64,000 nucleotides of DNA from Calcarisporiella thermophila CBS 279.70 (GCF_041956535.1 NW_027192201.1:826266-890265), one strand, 5' to 3'; positions 41,450 through 54,028 are shown, numbered from the stretch's first letter. Made by a program: numbers and translations. The notes: a model not told the origin generated them from the sequence alone.

Positions 41450-42818
41450 TTACTCTTCAAATTTGCCGTTTCGTGCAGCAAAGTTTTTCTCAGAGTTCTG
41501 CATGGCCAAGAAGCTCTTCATAATGGGGAAAATGTCCTTGTGCACACGATTGCCCATGAAGACATCCTTTTAAATAAAATATATCGAAAATTAGCAAAAA
41601 CAGAGGGAAAAACAAATGACTTTTTTCATCTGAAGTATAAGCAAAAAGGTTTCCTGTTCTTACCTGGTGGCCATATTCGGGGAACACATAGAGCTGGAAA
41701 TTTTGTTTGCCTCTAACCTTCATGTGATTGTAAAGAGTCTCGTTAGATCCGGGGAATACACCGTTTTCTTTCCCGGTGACTAGCAGAACGGGGATATTAA
41801 TGTTGGTGGCAGCATCAAGGTAATCGTTGGGCATATCCGCAAATTGCTTATCCTTTGGATCCCACTTAATGAGCTTGCCCGCGTTGAGGCATTTTCTGAT
41901 GTGCCAGTCGTACTTGTAAGACGTCGCGCCATACAGATCACCAGTACGAGCATGAGTTTTGGGATCCAGGTTCTTATGCAACCAGACTCCTGGGAAGCCA
42001 ACCGACCACATGAAGGAAACCATATGGCACTCTGGGACTTCGCATTCCAAGTGGAAGAGAGACACGAGATTTCCTAATAGTCGGCGGAAGGTGTACATTC
42101 TCTCTTGGCTGAATTTGGGGGAAATGTGCTCCATCAACAAGTTAACAAGAATGGGGGCCACCTGGATCTTAAGCCAAGCGCCGGTTGTCACACGAGGGGT
42201 AAGGCCTGTCGAGTTGACGGTGATACTGCTAACGTCCGGAATGTTGCCTAGATCAGAAAAGAAAACATGTTTATCTTTCACGTGTACCAGAGATGACAAA
42301 AAGATAATTTACGTACCGGCGGCAGCGCTCATTAAAATAGACATGGCATTGACACAGTGGGCGATGATATGAATACTGGGGTTGGGCCCAACGACTTGGC
42401 GAACTGTCTCGACCATCTTCGGATTGTCGTACTTGGCGATATGGTCGAGGGTGTATTCGTGAACCTCGAGGTTGTAAGGCCAGCGCATCGAAATCCGATT
42501 GTCCACGCACCAGACATCGGTGTACCCGTTGTCCAGGAAATAGTTGACGATGTTGACGGGCTGCTCCGGCATAATGAACATGTCGCTGGAGGTAGTTAGG
42601 CCGTGCATGATAATAATGACATTGTTGCATTGGGCCGATCCACGCCTGAAGCGGGTGAGGGATAGACGCAACTTGTCTTCAGTAAGGAAGGTGTGATAAG
42701 ATATATCGGCATTGGGAACCCCTTCGTCGGTGAAGACAGCAATCTCGCGCTTGAATGGGGGGGGTCGAGTGATTCCAAGTAGATTGGTGACGCGATTGAT
42801 GATTTTAAAAGCAATCAT
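41450..42818 (-). CDS. Alpha/beta hydrolase with Cys nucleophile elbow (cholesterol-oxidase-associated hydrolase family), 400 aa, 3 exons
   Basis: HGLTTSSDMFIMPE, DVWCVDNR, IAHCVNAMS elbow, GKENGVF and YGHQDVFMG. Exons 42818-42317, 42247-41664 and 41566-41450 splice in frame. Confidence 0.88.
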
Positions 42819-43427
42819 TCTTTAATTGAGTAGGATTCCCTTTTTACGTTGGTCTAAATCGACGACGAGCACGCTAGACTGCTTGCATGCTTCCCGCTAC
42901 ATTTCAATCCCTTTTATATAGCCTTTTTAAGCTTCGATATGAAATGACCCGGGTTGATGGGAATATGCAGCTAAGTTATGTGACATGGGCTGATATGAAA
43001 ACTTAGGAGAGGACGGGGGCGGGAGGCTTGGCTTTTTCATGCCACATGCATGGGCCATTTCATGTGAAGAACCACTGATAGAATGGGAATTCGGGGCGGC
43101 AATTTTAACTTTATACTTCATTTATTTAAATTTTAATTTATCAAGTTCAAATTTCGCCCAAAAACAATTAAAGCGCGCAGCAGCTCCGTGCTTTGTACAA
43201 GTATAGAAGTGGAAGGAGAAAAAAGAAGAAGCAAAAGAAGAAGAAGAAGAAGAAGAAAAAAAAAAGATAATGAGAACGCAAATAGACGTGCCTCTCACGG
43301 TATGCATCGTACAGAAAATTACCGAAGTTGATAAGCGAATTTTAAACTTCAGTGGACTGCAGGTTTCATATTTAAACTCTGGGAAAACGCCGCCTTTCTC
43401 TCTCTACTTTCCTCTGGAAATCGGAAA
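42819..43427. promoter_or_regulatory. 609-bp bidirectional promoter region between hydrolase and oxidase
   Basis: Head-to-head ATGs. TATATAAAAG on the minus strand near 42910-42919 and a (GAA)n/A polypurine tract at ~43216-43266. Confidence 0.6.
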
Positions 43428-45649
43428 ATGTTGATTATTCCTTCAGACATCAAACCACTTGTCGACGCGATCAACAAGTCGGTTGTCGCAACCCCCGAGC
43501 TCACTTTTCGGGAGCGTATGCATGGCTCTATGGTGCAGCCCAAGGGCGGCACACGCGTGCCATGCCACATCAATATCAACTTTAACATCGACAACATGAC
43601 CGCCTTCAGCTATGATCGTACGTTCCGTATCACGGGGCAAGTCAACATCGGTGGTAAGGATTATAACATTCTCCAGGTTTGTTGCAGTCTCTTTTCCTTT
43701 CTTATGGCACAATTCTTTTCCGACGCTGATCTCCTACTTCTACTCTCACTATAGGGAATCGCTCAAATCCACCCTTATATGGATTTCTACACGAGCTCAA
43801 TCTTCTTCGTCTACAAACTGATTATTGAGGACGGAAATCGCAACCGTTTCTTATTCTACGGTGAAAAGAAAGTCCAACCAGGTGTTAACCCTTTTCAGGT
43901 AGGGGTCTTGAACTAATTTCCCGTTTTCTCTTCCAAGCTCAAATTTGTCTGGCATCTCTTATCTGACCCACTTTTTCAATCTAGCTCTGGACTAATCTTT
44001 CCGAATTAACCGTCTGGGTTTATAAATACACTGACGTTTGGGACACACCGCAAGAATTGGTCTACAGCGGCAAGATTAATATCAATGTCCTTGAATATTT
44101 GCCCGACCAGATTTTTGGTATCAGAAGCTCGCTGCCTGATGCAATGCAGTGGTTGTGGACTTTGTTTTGGTCCATTTCCAGGATTCACTCAAAGGTGAAC
44201 ATGCGAGCACTTACGCACTTGTTTACCACTGGTCCTGGAAGGTACCTCCAAAGATACAGCACTTACTTCAACTGGGACTGGGCTATTAAACAGACCGTTC
44301 CATCGCGCAACTTCAAGCGACCGAAGACCACCGAAGAACTCAGGCAAATCATTGATACAGCCAAGCGCAATAACCAGAGCATTCGCCTTGTGGGTTCGGC
44401 TCACAGTTTCAACGATATTTATCAGATCTATTCTGGAGATATCCTTCTGAGTCTTCACGATATGAAGCGCATCTTGGGCTTCGATCTCGAAAGGAAGCAA
44501 ATCACTTGCGAGCCCGGAGTTCCGTTGAGACAAGCGGCGTATTTCTTGCACGATTATGGCCTTACCTTGCCCAACCATGGTGCCTACATGGTTCAGACCG
44601 TTGCTGGGGCCATTTCAACTGGTACGCACGGAACTAGTGGTAAAAAGGACTCTAAGCGTCCCGCTACCCTTTTGGATAGTGTGGTATCAATGAAGATGCT
44701 CAACGAGAATGGCCAGATTGTGACTCTGGATCGCTCGCAGTTTGTAACACTTGGCCTGACGGGTGTCATTATCGAGGTTACAATTCAATGTGTAGACGTG
44801 TACTACCTTCATGCAAACCAACAATGGCGCAGTTGGGATCATATCCTCAACCACATGGACGAGTACAAGAACAACTATGCATTCTTTGAGGCTCGCGGTC
44901 CAATCGGCTCTTCAAAAGCTGCTCTCTATACGTACACGCAGATCCCATCCATTCCCAACTGGTTTGCGTACTACAACTTCTTTGTTCGCTTTATGTTCCG
45001 CATTGCCTATGACGTTGGCTCTATCCGCCTTCCCGCCTTCATCTACCGCATATTTTACGCTGTTGCCACAATGATCTATAGTCTTTGCCCCTTACGTGAA
45101 GTGAATACCTGGGCCCTGACCAAAGACTATGCACCTCCCCACGTGGAATCAGAGTGGGCCATTCCCTACTCGGAGACGGCTCGGGTTGTTCGCCAGGTAT
45201 TGACTCTACTCAACTCGCCTCCTCACCGCAATCTTGTGGGAGAGTTCCATATCCGGTTCGATCCGCCTTCCAACGCATGGATGAGTCTCGCCCATGACCG
45301 TGAGACCACTTATCTTGACTTCAACTTTACACGCACAAATAACCCACGCAAGATCGAGATGTGTCTCAAGGAAATTTACGACTATATGATTACTCTGGAC
45401 AAAGGCATTGCTCGCCCTCACTGGAGTAAGGCTTTCGATACCACGACCAAGGATGGTGCAAACACGATCAATTTCCAAGCCATGTATCCAATGCTTGAAC
45501 AATTCCGTAAATTTGCTGGTGAAAACACTCCCAAAGGTACTTTCTCGAGGAACCCATTCAATTCTCGTGTGCAACTCATCAAAAAAGACGTTAAAGCTGA
45601 TAAACTTGGAGGTGTGGTTGACAAAGAGCTTTTGGAAAAAGAGCTATAA
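43428..45649 (+). CDS. Two-domain protein: beta-rich N-terminal domain fused to an ALO/L-gulonolactone-oxidase-type FAD oxidase (685 aa, 3 exons)
   Basis: Exons 43428-43676, 43755-43898 and 43985-45649 join in frame. Motifs IRLVGSAHSFND, TVAGAISTGTHG, LGLTGVIIEVTIQC and RPHWSK. Confidence 0.88.
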
Positions 45650-46737
45650 ATATTTCGTTATCTGTATTGGTATGGAAAAATTCCCCAATAGTTTATGGGC
45701 TTAATTGCATTTTACAATTATTAATAAAAATAGGTTTTTGAATATCTTTATCCTCTCCCCCTTTCTTGAGTGGATAGATCACTAAACCCTAAATTTTCTC
45801 TGAAAAATAGATAATCCCCGCCCTGGGTCCAATTATTTGTTCATGTGTTGACCACATCATTCCAAATGGCTCGAGCTATGCCCCTCATTTTTATATTTAT
45901 ATTATTCAATGTATTTTCCTCAATTTTATTATATGCAAAGCAGGCCCAAGAATTATATGTCTGATACAATCGTTTACGTGGTTCCTAATTATTTATCTTG
46001 CTTGCGGTTCATAAGCTGCATCTGTGATTTGGGTAAAATAGGTGATAGACGCAACATATCATATATCTTTTTATTCTATAACAGGTCACTTTGGGAGTAG
46101 AGTTAGTATTCACGACTGTATATCAGAATCTAATTGAAAGTCGAATTATCAATAATATATATACGTGCACATTTTACAATATATATATCTGTCGTTTCTT
46201 CTGATTCACATATAATTTTTCATAAAGTCAATTTTTATTTTTCAGTAGTCATAAATGCAGTGATTATAAGCATATGGCTCAACGAATTTACTTTGATATA
46301 GCACAACCGAAAACCCGGCTTATCAAGCCAATTTTTCGTAGTCATTGGCGTAAAATATCAAATCCTTAATGCTTTTTGGATTTGATATACAATGGAATTT
46401 AGTCAAAACGCAGCGATTTCGGCTTTATTTAATGATAAGCCGTTTATATAAATTTTAACTTCTCGGCTATATTTATAATTGCTTCTAAGTTTGTCCAAAT
46501 CTGAAAAAATGTCTTATTCATTAGAGAAAAGTGGGCCAGGAACAATAAACAGATATCGAGGTTTAAATAGTAAGCTAGGCATTTATTAAGAGCTTAAGAA
46601 AGCGTCGAGTCAATAAACACAAAGAGAAATATAGCATCAGGAAATAGAGGTGGTGGCTTGGCCTTGTTAAATAATATCTGTCTATATCATAGATATAAGC
46701 AGTGAGAATATTGACTCATGATGGTATATTCGTTCTA

Positions 46738-48620
46738 CTAGGGGTAGAGATCAAAGCGTGTGCAGCACTTTTTGTAGGTTGGGGCCACCCGCGCTTTAGT
46801 GGCCTGTTCAAAGGCATAAGCAACCCGGAAGAGGACATCCTCCCGCAGCGATCCGCTAATGAAAACTAGTCCGTAGGGGAGACCATCTTTATCCAGAGCA
46901 ATAGGCACGCTAATAATAGGGTACCCAGCCACCGCGGTGGATGTTGCGAAGGGCACTTTGCCATAGGCCGGAAGGACCAAGACGTCAACACCATGCTTGG
47001 TCATCAGTGTGTCTATGCCTGTTTCTCCATCACGGAATTTTTTATGTCCACTGGCAAGCGCAGCTTTGTAGACCGGGTCCTCGATCCCCGTCGTGTTTTG
47101 CGACACGATGAAGACCTCTTGTCCGAATAACGACATCTCCTCAGCCTTGTGCGCATTGTTAAATGTTATTGCGTCGGCAAGGGTCCTAATAGGAGTCTGT
47201 TCCAGGTCCGTAAGATACTTGTTCAGATCGTGCTTAAATTCGGTAGTCAACACGATCACCTCTGAGTTGTTTGGGCTATTCCAAAAGGTGGGCTTGTTCG
47301 CTGCGAGATCGGCCATTTCCGCGTCAGAAACGAGATTGACCGGGTCCAGCACCGTTCCTCCCAGCTCCTTAAGCTTGGCGAGCGCTTGCTCAAACGTAGC
47401 CAGATCGTCTCCCAGGTCATTTTTGTCCCAGAAGAGATTGCGGGGTACTCCCAGCCTGATGCCCTGCAAATCTTTCTTCAAGTACTCGGTATAATTCAGA
47501 AGCTGTTTCCCTTTGACCACCTCTGTGGCCGCATCGCGTACATCGGCACCGGAGATCACACTAAGGATTAGAGCCGCATCCTCCACGGTGCGGGTCATGG
47601 GCCCGACGGAGTCCTGGGAATGGGAAACTGGGATGATCCCATCACGAGAGGTCAGCCCGACGGTTGGCTTGATCCCTACGATGAATCCCCTTGAGGCAGG
47701 GCCCGTAATTGAGCTATGGGTTTCGGTTCCAATGGATGCGGCGGCAAGATTTGCCGCGACAGATGTGCCAGAACCAGAGCTAGAGGCTGAGGGAGAGGCG
47801 CTCAAGACGTAGGGGCTCACGCACTGACCTCCGCGGGCACTCCAGCCCTCTTTAGAATTTGGGGAACGGAAGCTAGAAGGAACCAGTTAAAAGGATTAAT
47901 GCAATGTAACCTTGTAGCACCCTCCGCGGGGGGGGGGGGGAGAAGAATCTGGCGTACCCTGACCATTCGGCAAGATTGGCCTTGCCTAGGATAATGGCTC
48001 CAGCTTCGCGTAGCTTCTTAATAATGAAGGCATCTCGGGGAACCTTGGAGTGTAGCAGGGCCAGCGAACCAGCAGCTATGTGTAACAGAGTATCAAGTTA
48101 AGTGCCACAAACACAGAGCAGTACATTGAAATAGGAAGACGGCTACTGGTGTTCATGGAGTCCTTGGTGGCAATATTATCCTTCACTAAGACTATTCAAA
48201 AAAGGCGTCGACGATTCATTCAATTAATAAATCACAAAAAATGTAAACAGAAGCAGCATTCTTTTTACTTGGAATTCCATGGAGCGGACCACGCGGACCC
48301 TTCTGCGTTCTCTCTTCATCCAGTTGCTCGGCGATCGCCATTGCGTCGGCATTGACCTCAATGACTGAATGTAAATAAGGATCGATGGCTTGGATGCGTT
48401 TAATATAGCACTCCGTTAGCTGTTTTGCGGTGAGCTTCTTTTTGTTGAAGGCGTCTTGAAGCGCAAGTATATTAGTCTCAACGATGGTGAAACCGTTGCA
48501 GGAGCTGAGATCCTGGTCAAGCTTGAGAATGTCAGTGTCATTAGCTGGTTGTGGTGGCACAGCGGCAGAAATGGCGAAGAAGCCGAGAGTAAGGACGACA
48601 AAGTAGACCCTTTTTACCAT
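46738..48620 (-). CDS. Secreted amidase-signature-family enzyme, 4 exons
   Basis: Signal peptide MVKRVYFVVLTLGFFAISA, GPLHGIPILVKDNI (catalytic Lys), ASSSGS, GTETHSS and GIKPTVGLTSR. Confidence 0.92.
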
Positions 48621-49885
48621 TCTGAATGCGAATGGTGATGGTAATTGCAAAGAATAAAACAAGGTATTGGAGGGTGGGTTAGGGTGGGAGGACGAGGAGT
48701 TCGTGGGCAGTGAAAAGGGGAAGGTTTACCCGCTTTTGGTATATTTTTGCGCTACAGCCATCTTCTTTTGATGTACTTTATGACAACATGTCTTGCTACA
48801 TTTTATAGCAAGGAACATTGTATAGAAACGGGCAACCATCTGATGGTCGCCATTTAAATTTCTTAAGAGAGATTGCAAGAGCCGTCTGGAGATAATATAC
48901 TAATAATATAGAAACCTATATCTTTAAACGACCTCCTCACCAGAGTACTTATCTATCATCTTTAACGCATAATATTGTTGACATTGGAGAGATTAAGTCA
49001 TTAACAAAATATGCTCTTGAGATACCCCTTCTTGTCAATATAGTATCGTTGGATTTTCTATTGCCAAGAACACTGCAATCTCGGATAATTGCTCATTATT
49101 ATTTAATATTCATACAACTCTTCACAAAATCAAAATATGTTTGTCCTTTATCTCCTAAACTTGTAATTACAGCTAAAACGGGCATAAAAGGTGCGCAAAC
49201 CACGTTTGCCTGGATGCAGCACATCTTAAATCCCAGTTTATCAAATATCTTAGCTGCATACTTATCATAAGATTTTTCACACACTCCAAATCCGATTGAA
49301 ATTTGCGACTCTATCGTAGAAAGATTTGCAAACAGTTGTGAAAAAATATGGAGTAAATTCGGTACTATAATGATGCATAGACAAAATGTTCAATTTATTT
49401 ACTAAGAAAATAAACTTCGCTCTTCAAGAGTACAATCTTTTTATTGTATACATCGCAAGGGTTAATGAGTAGTATCTGGAGTTATGAATTATCGTTTGAC
49501 TTGAATAGCCAAATTAATTCAATTTTCATATTCATGAAAAAGATTTTAGCTTGTTTCTGATTGAAGAGTTTTCAATGGATATTCCATTATGGCAATTCTA
49601 TCTTAAAATGAAAAGCTTCGACTTTCAAAGAATAGTTTGAATATTACAAGATTTATTAAATATTTTCCTCCCTACCTGCAGATGCCTCTCTGATTTTTTT
49701 AATCTGCACAATGCATGCGGTTAAAGGCATTTTATAGCAAAGACTCAGAGTGTCAAAATATTTAGCATGAGAACCCTTTACCGTATTTGATATGAGTACA
49801 ATTATATTAAAATAAAAAAAATAAATACACATCGTCGAGTTTTGAAATGAAGCAGATCTGTACAAAAAAATTAGTTGTATAGCAT

Positions 49886-52372
49886 TTAGACACTTCTCTT
49901 GGGGAGTCTTTTTTCTGGGTAGCAAGTATCAGGGACCGGAGATTCAACTGGGTCCCGGCTACTCTCGATATACGTATTGATAAAACGCTGAGTTGACATA
50001 CCGTCCCCTATTGCTTCTTTGTAATAGTTTCTGAAATTGTAATCGTAGCCTGTGTCATCAACTATGCCGCTGTTCGAATCCAAAGTTGAGTCAATATTGG
50101 GAGAAAATTTGAATAGGGAGGGGACATCTGGTGTGAAGGTGGTGCTCGTAGAATAATCAGAATCTTCGGAGAAAGCGAAAGAGGATTGATTCACGGATGC
50201 ATACAAATCACTAATATTTAATATAATTATTATTGTGAGTGACAGCGTGTTCAGTTATAAAACAGAGCTATAACTACACACTTATCTAGAAACTGGGTTG
50301 GAGAAGGCATGAAACTCAAAAACGGAGTCTCAGAAGATGAAGCTTCCGAAGACTGAAATTCCGAAGATTGCACGAGCATTGCAAGCAAAGAGATTTGTTT
50401 TTGGCTTTTTAAATTTTCCACATTCGCTATCGAGTCAAGACTTATATGAGGGATTACCACAGGCATAATTGATTGTTGGCTACTCTCTTCCCTGGACTGT
50501 GTTATAGGCAACTCGCTGATCTCTGTGACACTCACTATATCTCTGAGAGTACCAACAAACTGCTCATCGCGATAGGCTAGTTGATTAGCTTCTAATAAGT
50601 CCAGCGTTCTTCTCAAATACCGGAGAGCATTCTTGCGCTGAACTCCTGTTCCAGATCCTGCGATTAGGATGTGAATGCGTGCACTCGTGTTCAGTCCAAA
50701 TGCGACCATTGAGTGAAGTTCCAGACTGTTGGGTATTCCAAGCACTAATTCTGATAAGTTGACAATAGTGTCCGCAGCAGTGATGCATTCGGTAGCGGAA
50801 CTTTCCTCAAGGAACACCAAGAGACTGGTCTCCATTTTTGGAAAATATGAGTGGATATTAAGGATATTGAGGCAGAGAAGTATCTCGGCAGCATTCAACG
50901 GAGCAAGGTCAGAGGGAATCGAATTCATCCAATCATGCAATTTAGAACGCAACTTCGGCATATAGTTTTGGATTGGAATTGGATCCTCCCCTGCAGCTTC
51001 ATTTTTGTCGAGGTAATACAATGAACAGAAACCAGCTTTGGGCGTAATATTGATCCATATATCCGATAAGATCCCCACCAAATAGGCGCAGTTATAGAAT
51101 CTACGAATTGCGGCAGCACTTTCCTGAAGATATGCATTGTATCCATTCCTTTTATCCAGAGCGAAGAGCACCGATTCACTTTCATTCTTGACGGGCAGTT
51201 TCACTTTGTTTATAGCCAGGTCGCGATCCATTCTTGAACGAACATGAAAATAGGTCCACGTTAGCCCAAGACGCATTACCCACCAGATGTTATTACGAAG
51301 CTCGCGCTCAATTGGGTCAAGCTTTATATCAAAGTGTTCACTGTCCTGTTCAGGTATTCGTAATTCAAATATCATCTTCCATGCCATCGCAAGTAATGGT
51401 ATTCCTTTATTACATCGACCAATGAATGTTAAATGTGCACCTAGGAGCAATATGCCTTGTAGTTTGGTGAGGTTAGCTTCGGGCGTCTCGTGCTCTAGCA
51501 ATGCGAGCGCGTATTCTGTAAACACAGATCCAGGTGTTCCAAGTCTCGTTTGGTTAAATAAGGGGATACCCATATTGTATAGAACCATTGCGAACACGAC
51601 CGAATATAATAGAGGATCATATCGATTTTCGCAATAATTCTGAATCATAATCGAACGATTGAGTACCGTTGGATAAGCATACACTCGAAACCACATATTG
51701 ATAAGTGCAATTGCTTGGGTATGCGAAATGGATTTGAACGGATCCCTATGTTTGAAAACATCTGAAGATTCCTGATCGATTCCTTTATCGCTTACATCGA
51801 GAAGTGGAAATTTTTTTTGAACCCTCTCATCTATGCTTAGAGAACTTATTGCTTCAATGATTATGGCTAACATGTCATTTGTTTTTATGTTGGCGCCAGG
51901 GAGAGACTTGAACATTACACCTTTCGCCCATCGCCACATTAAGAGTGGCTCACAAGAGGGGGCTTCCATAGATTTGATCTGAATGGTGGAGCAGGATTAA
52001 ATAAAGTCAAAATGGTATTAATTGTCGAAGACTTACCCCCAGACCATTAATTACACTATCTAATTTTCCCAAACTAACCTGGAAACATTGTAATAAAGAA
52101 GGGCGTCTCATTTTCAACACCATACTATTTCCAATGTCAAGTATTATCTGTTCATTCTGCTGGAGAAAACTATTACGTGGACGCCCTCTACGGGCTACTA
52201 TGTCTCCGAACAAGCACTTGATGCCAAGTTTCTTACATCTTAAACATCCTTGAGGGTTACCATCGCAATTCTGCTTCTTCTGGCGACATGCTTGGCATGA
52301 TTTTCGATTGTGGAAAGCGTTTTCGTTTGATGGGTCATGGAGAATGAAAATATGCTTTGTGACAGGTGGCAT
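49886..52372 (-). CDS. Zn(II)2Cys6 transcription factor with fungal middle homology region, 3 exons
   Basis: CQACRQKKQNCDGNPQGCLRCKKLGIKC, RRGRPR, ERELRNNIWW and an acidic/Ser C-terminus. Introns at 51979-52036 and ~50211-50281. Confidence 0.9.
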
Positions 52373-53187
52373 GCTAGAAATACGCTACTGAGCGGTGTGA
52401 AATTTTTCGAAGTCTTTATATTAATCCAATATAATATAACCTAACCTAGAGGATACCATGATATTTCATTAATAATCAAATGGTAGGTATAAGCTCACTG
52501 TGGGATTTGTGAAGAACAAGGCAAACCAGATATTAATTCTGGGCGAATGGGGTTAATCACCGAGTATTCCGGGCAAGAACTCTGTTCAACTAAGGGAATG
52601 TGAGAGGAGAAATTCCCATATCCAGTAGTGGGTAGAGCCCTCAACATTAGCACGTTTTCACTCTTCTTTATAAAACTTAAGACTGAACGACGGCAAAACT
52701 GAAACCGATTATTCTATCAACGAAAAAGCACAATAATGATTTAATTAATCATGCCCTTACAACATCATGAGGTTGAAAAGCTTAGAGAAAGTTTTATTCA
52801 CAATTTCCCCGGTAAAACACTTTTATCAGAGGGTCAAAAAAGAGTAGGATGACAATTGGGTTTCTAAATATATATGTAGAAAGGCTGAATGCCGAGTTTT
52901 CTTTTCTAATGCGCTACTTATCGACTATTAGACACATCCTCACGTAATATCCTCCCATATTAAGAAATAATGCGTGGCATAGACGATTCTTCGCTATGCC
53001 GACCATTATGTGAGAAATATAGTGACTTAACTGCACCCCTAGAATTAAAAGGATTTAAATAACTTCCAGCTTAATCTTGAATATATACAAAGATAAATTT
53101 TGTTTATTATTTATTTAGAACAGTGCAATTATAGATTTACACGGCCTTTTGAAATCAGGCAACGGGTCTCAAGTTCAAGGAAGTAAA

Positions 53188-53937
53188 CTAGCGTGCCAAG
53201 AGACCTCCGTTGACAAACAAGGTTTGTGCGGTTACCCATTGCGATCGAGGTGAAGCGAGGAACTCAATCACAGGTACTATGTCTTCAATCATACCAAGTC
53301 GCTTTGCGACACTCATTTGTGTAAACATGGATACGGAGTCCGGTGTCTCTTGTCCATGGAAGAAGTCCGTGTCAATGGGACCCGGAGCAACTGTATTCAC
53401 TGTGACACCGCGCTCACCTATTTCCTTAGCTAGTGCTCGAGTGAAATCCTCGAGTGGAGCTTTGGAACCGGCATAGACGGAATAAAATGGCGTAGTAACT
53501 CCTAGAAGTGAAGTTCCCATGTTGATGATCCGGCCACCATCTTTAATATGGCGTGCGGCCTCTTGCATGACAAAGAAGGCAGCCTTGGCATTGACCCCAA
53601 AAGAACTGTCGAAATCTTCCTCAGTGATATCGATGAAAGGTTTTTTGATTACTTTTCCGGCATTGTTGATAACAATATCGACACGGCCGAATGTTTCGAG
53701 TATTTTAGCGAAAATGGCCCGAACTGTCTTGGGGTTTGAAAGTTCACCTTCCACGATCAAGGCGCGTCGGCCTTTGGCACGCACGAGCTGTGCGGTTTGC
53801 TCTGCCTCCCCCTTAGTGTTAGATGAACGGTGGTGGACGGCCACGTCCGCCCCAGCTTTCGCTAATGCATCCGCAAACGCTCTTCCCATATTTTTGGATG
53901 AGCCGGTGATGAATGCGACTTTACCTGAAAGATCCAT
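53188..53937 (-). CDS. Classical short-chain dehydrogenase/reductase, intronless, PRK12744-like
   Basis: TGSSKNMG cofactor motif, NNAG, TSLLG, YAGSK catalytic motif and PGPIDTDFF. Confidence 0.93.
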   Translation of the reverse strand: MDLSGKVAFITGSSKNMGRAFADALAKAGADVAVHHRSSNTKGEAEQTAQLVRAKGRRALIVEGELSNPKTVRAIFAKILETFGRVDIVINNAGKVIKKPFIDITEEDFDSSFGVNAKAAFFVMQEAARHIKDGGRIINMGTSLLGVTTPFYSVYAGSKAPLEDFTRALAKEIGERGVTVNTVAPGPIDTDFFHGQETPDSVSMFTQMSVAKRLGMIEDIVPVIEFLASPRSQWVTAQTLFVNGGLLAR

Positions 53938-54028
53938 ACTATTTCTATAGAATATTAGAATTATTTTTTGGAAAAAGGTTGAATGAATGAATAAATGATT
54001 CGAAATTCGTCGCCTTTTATCCTTTTCA

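Noticed and set aside
45635-45649. C-terminal EKEL of the oxidase as an ER-retention signal
   Set aside because: No N-terminal signal peptide is evident, so the protein is unlikely to be lumenal.
47928-47940. G13 homopolymer as a phase-variation tract in the amidase
   Set aside because: It lies in an intron and cannot shift the reading frame.
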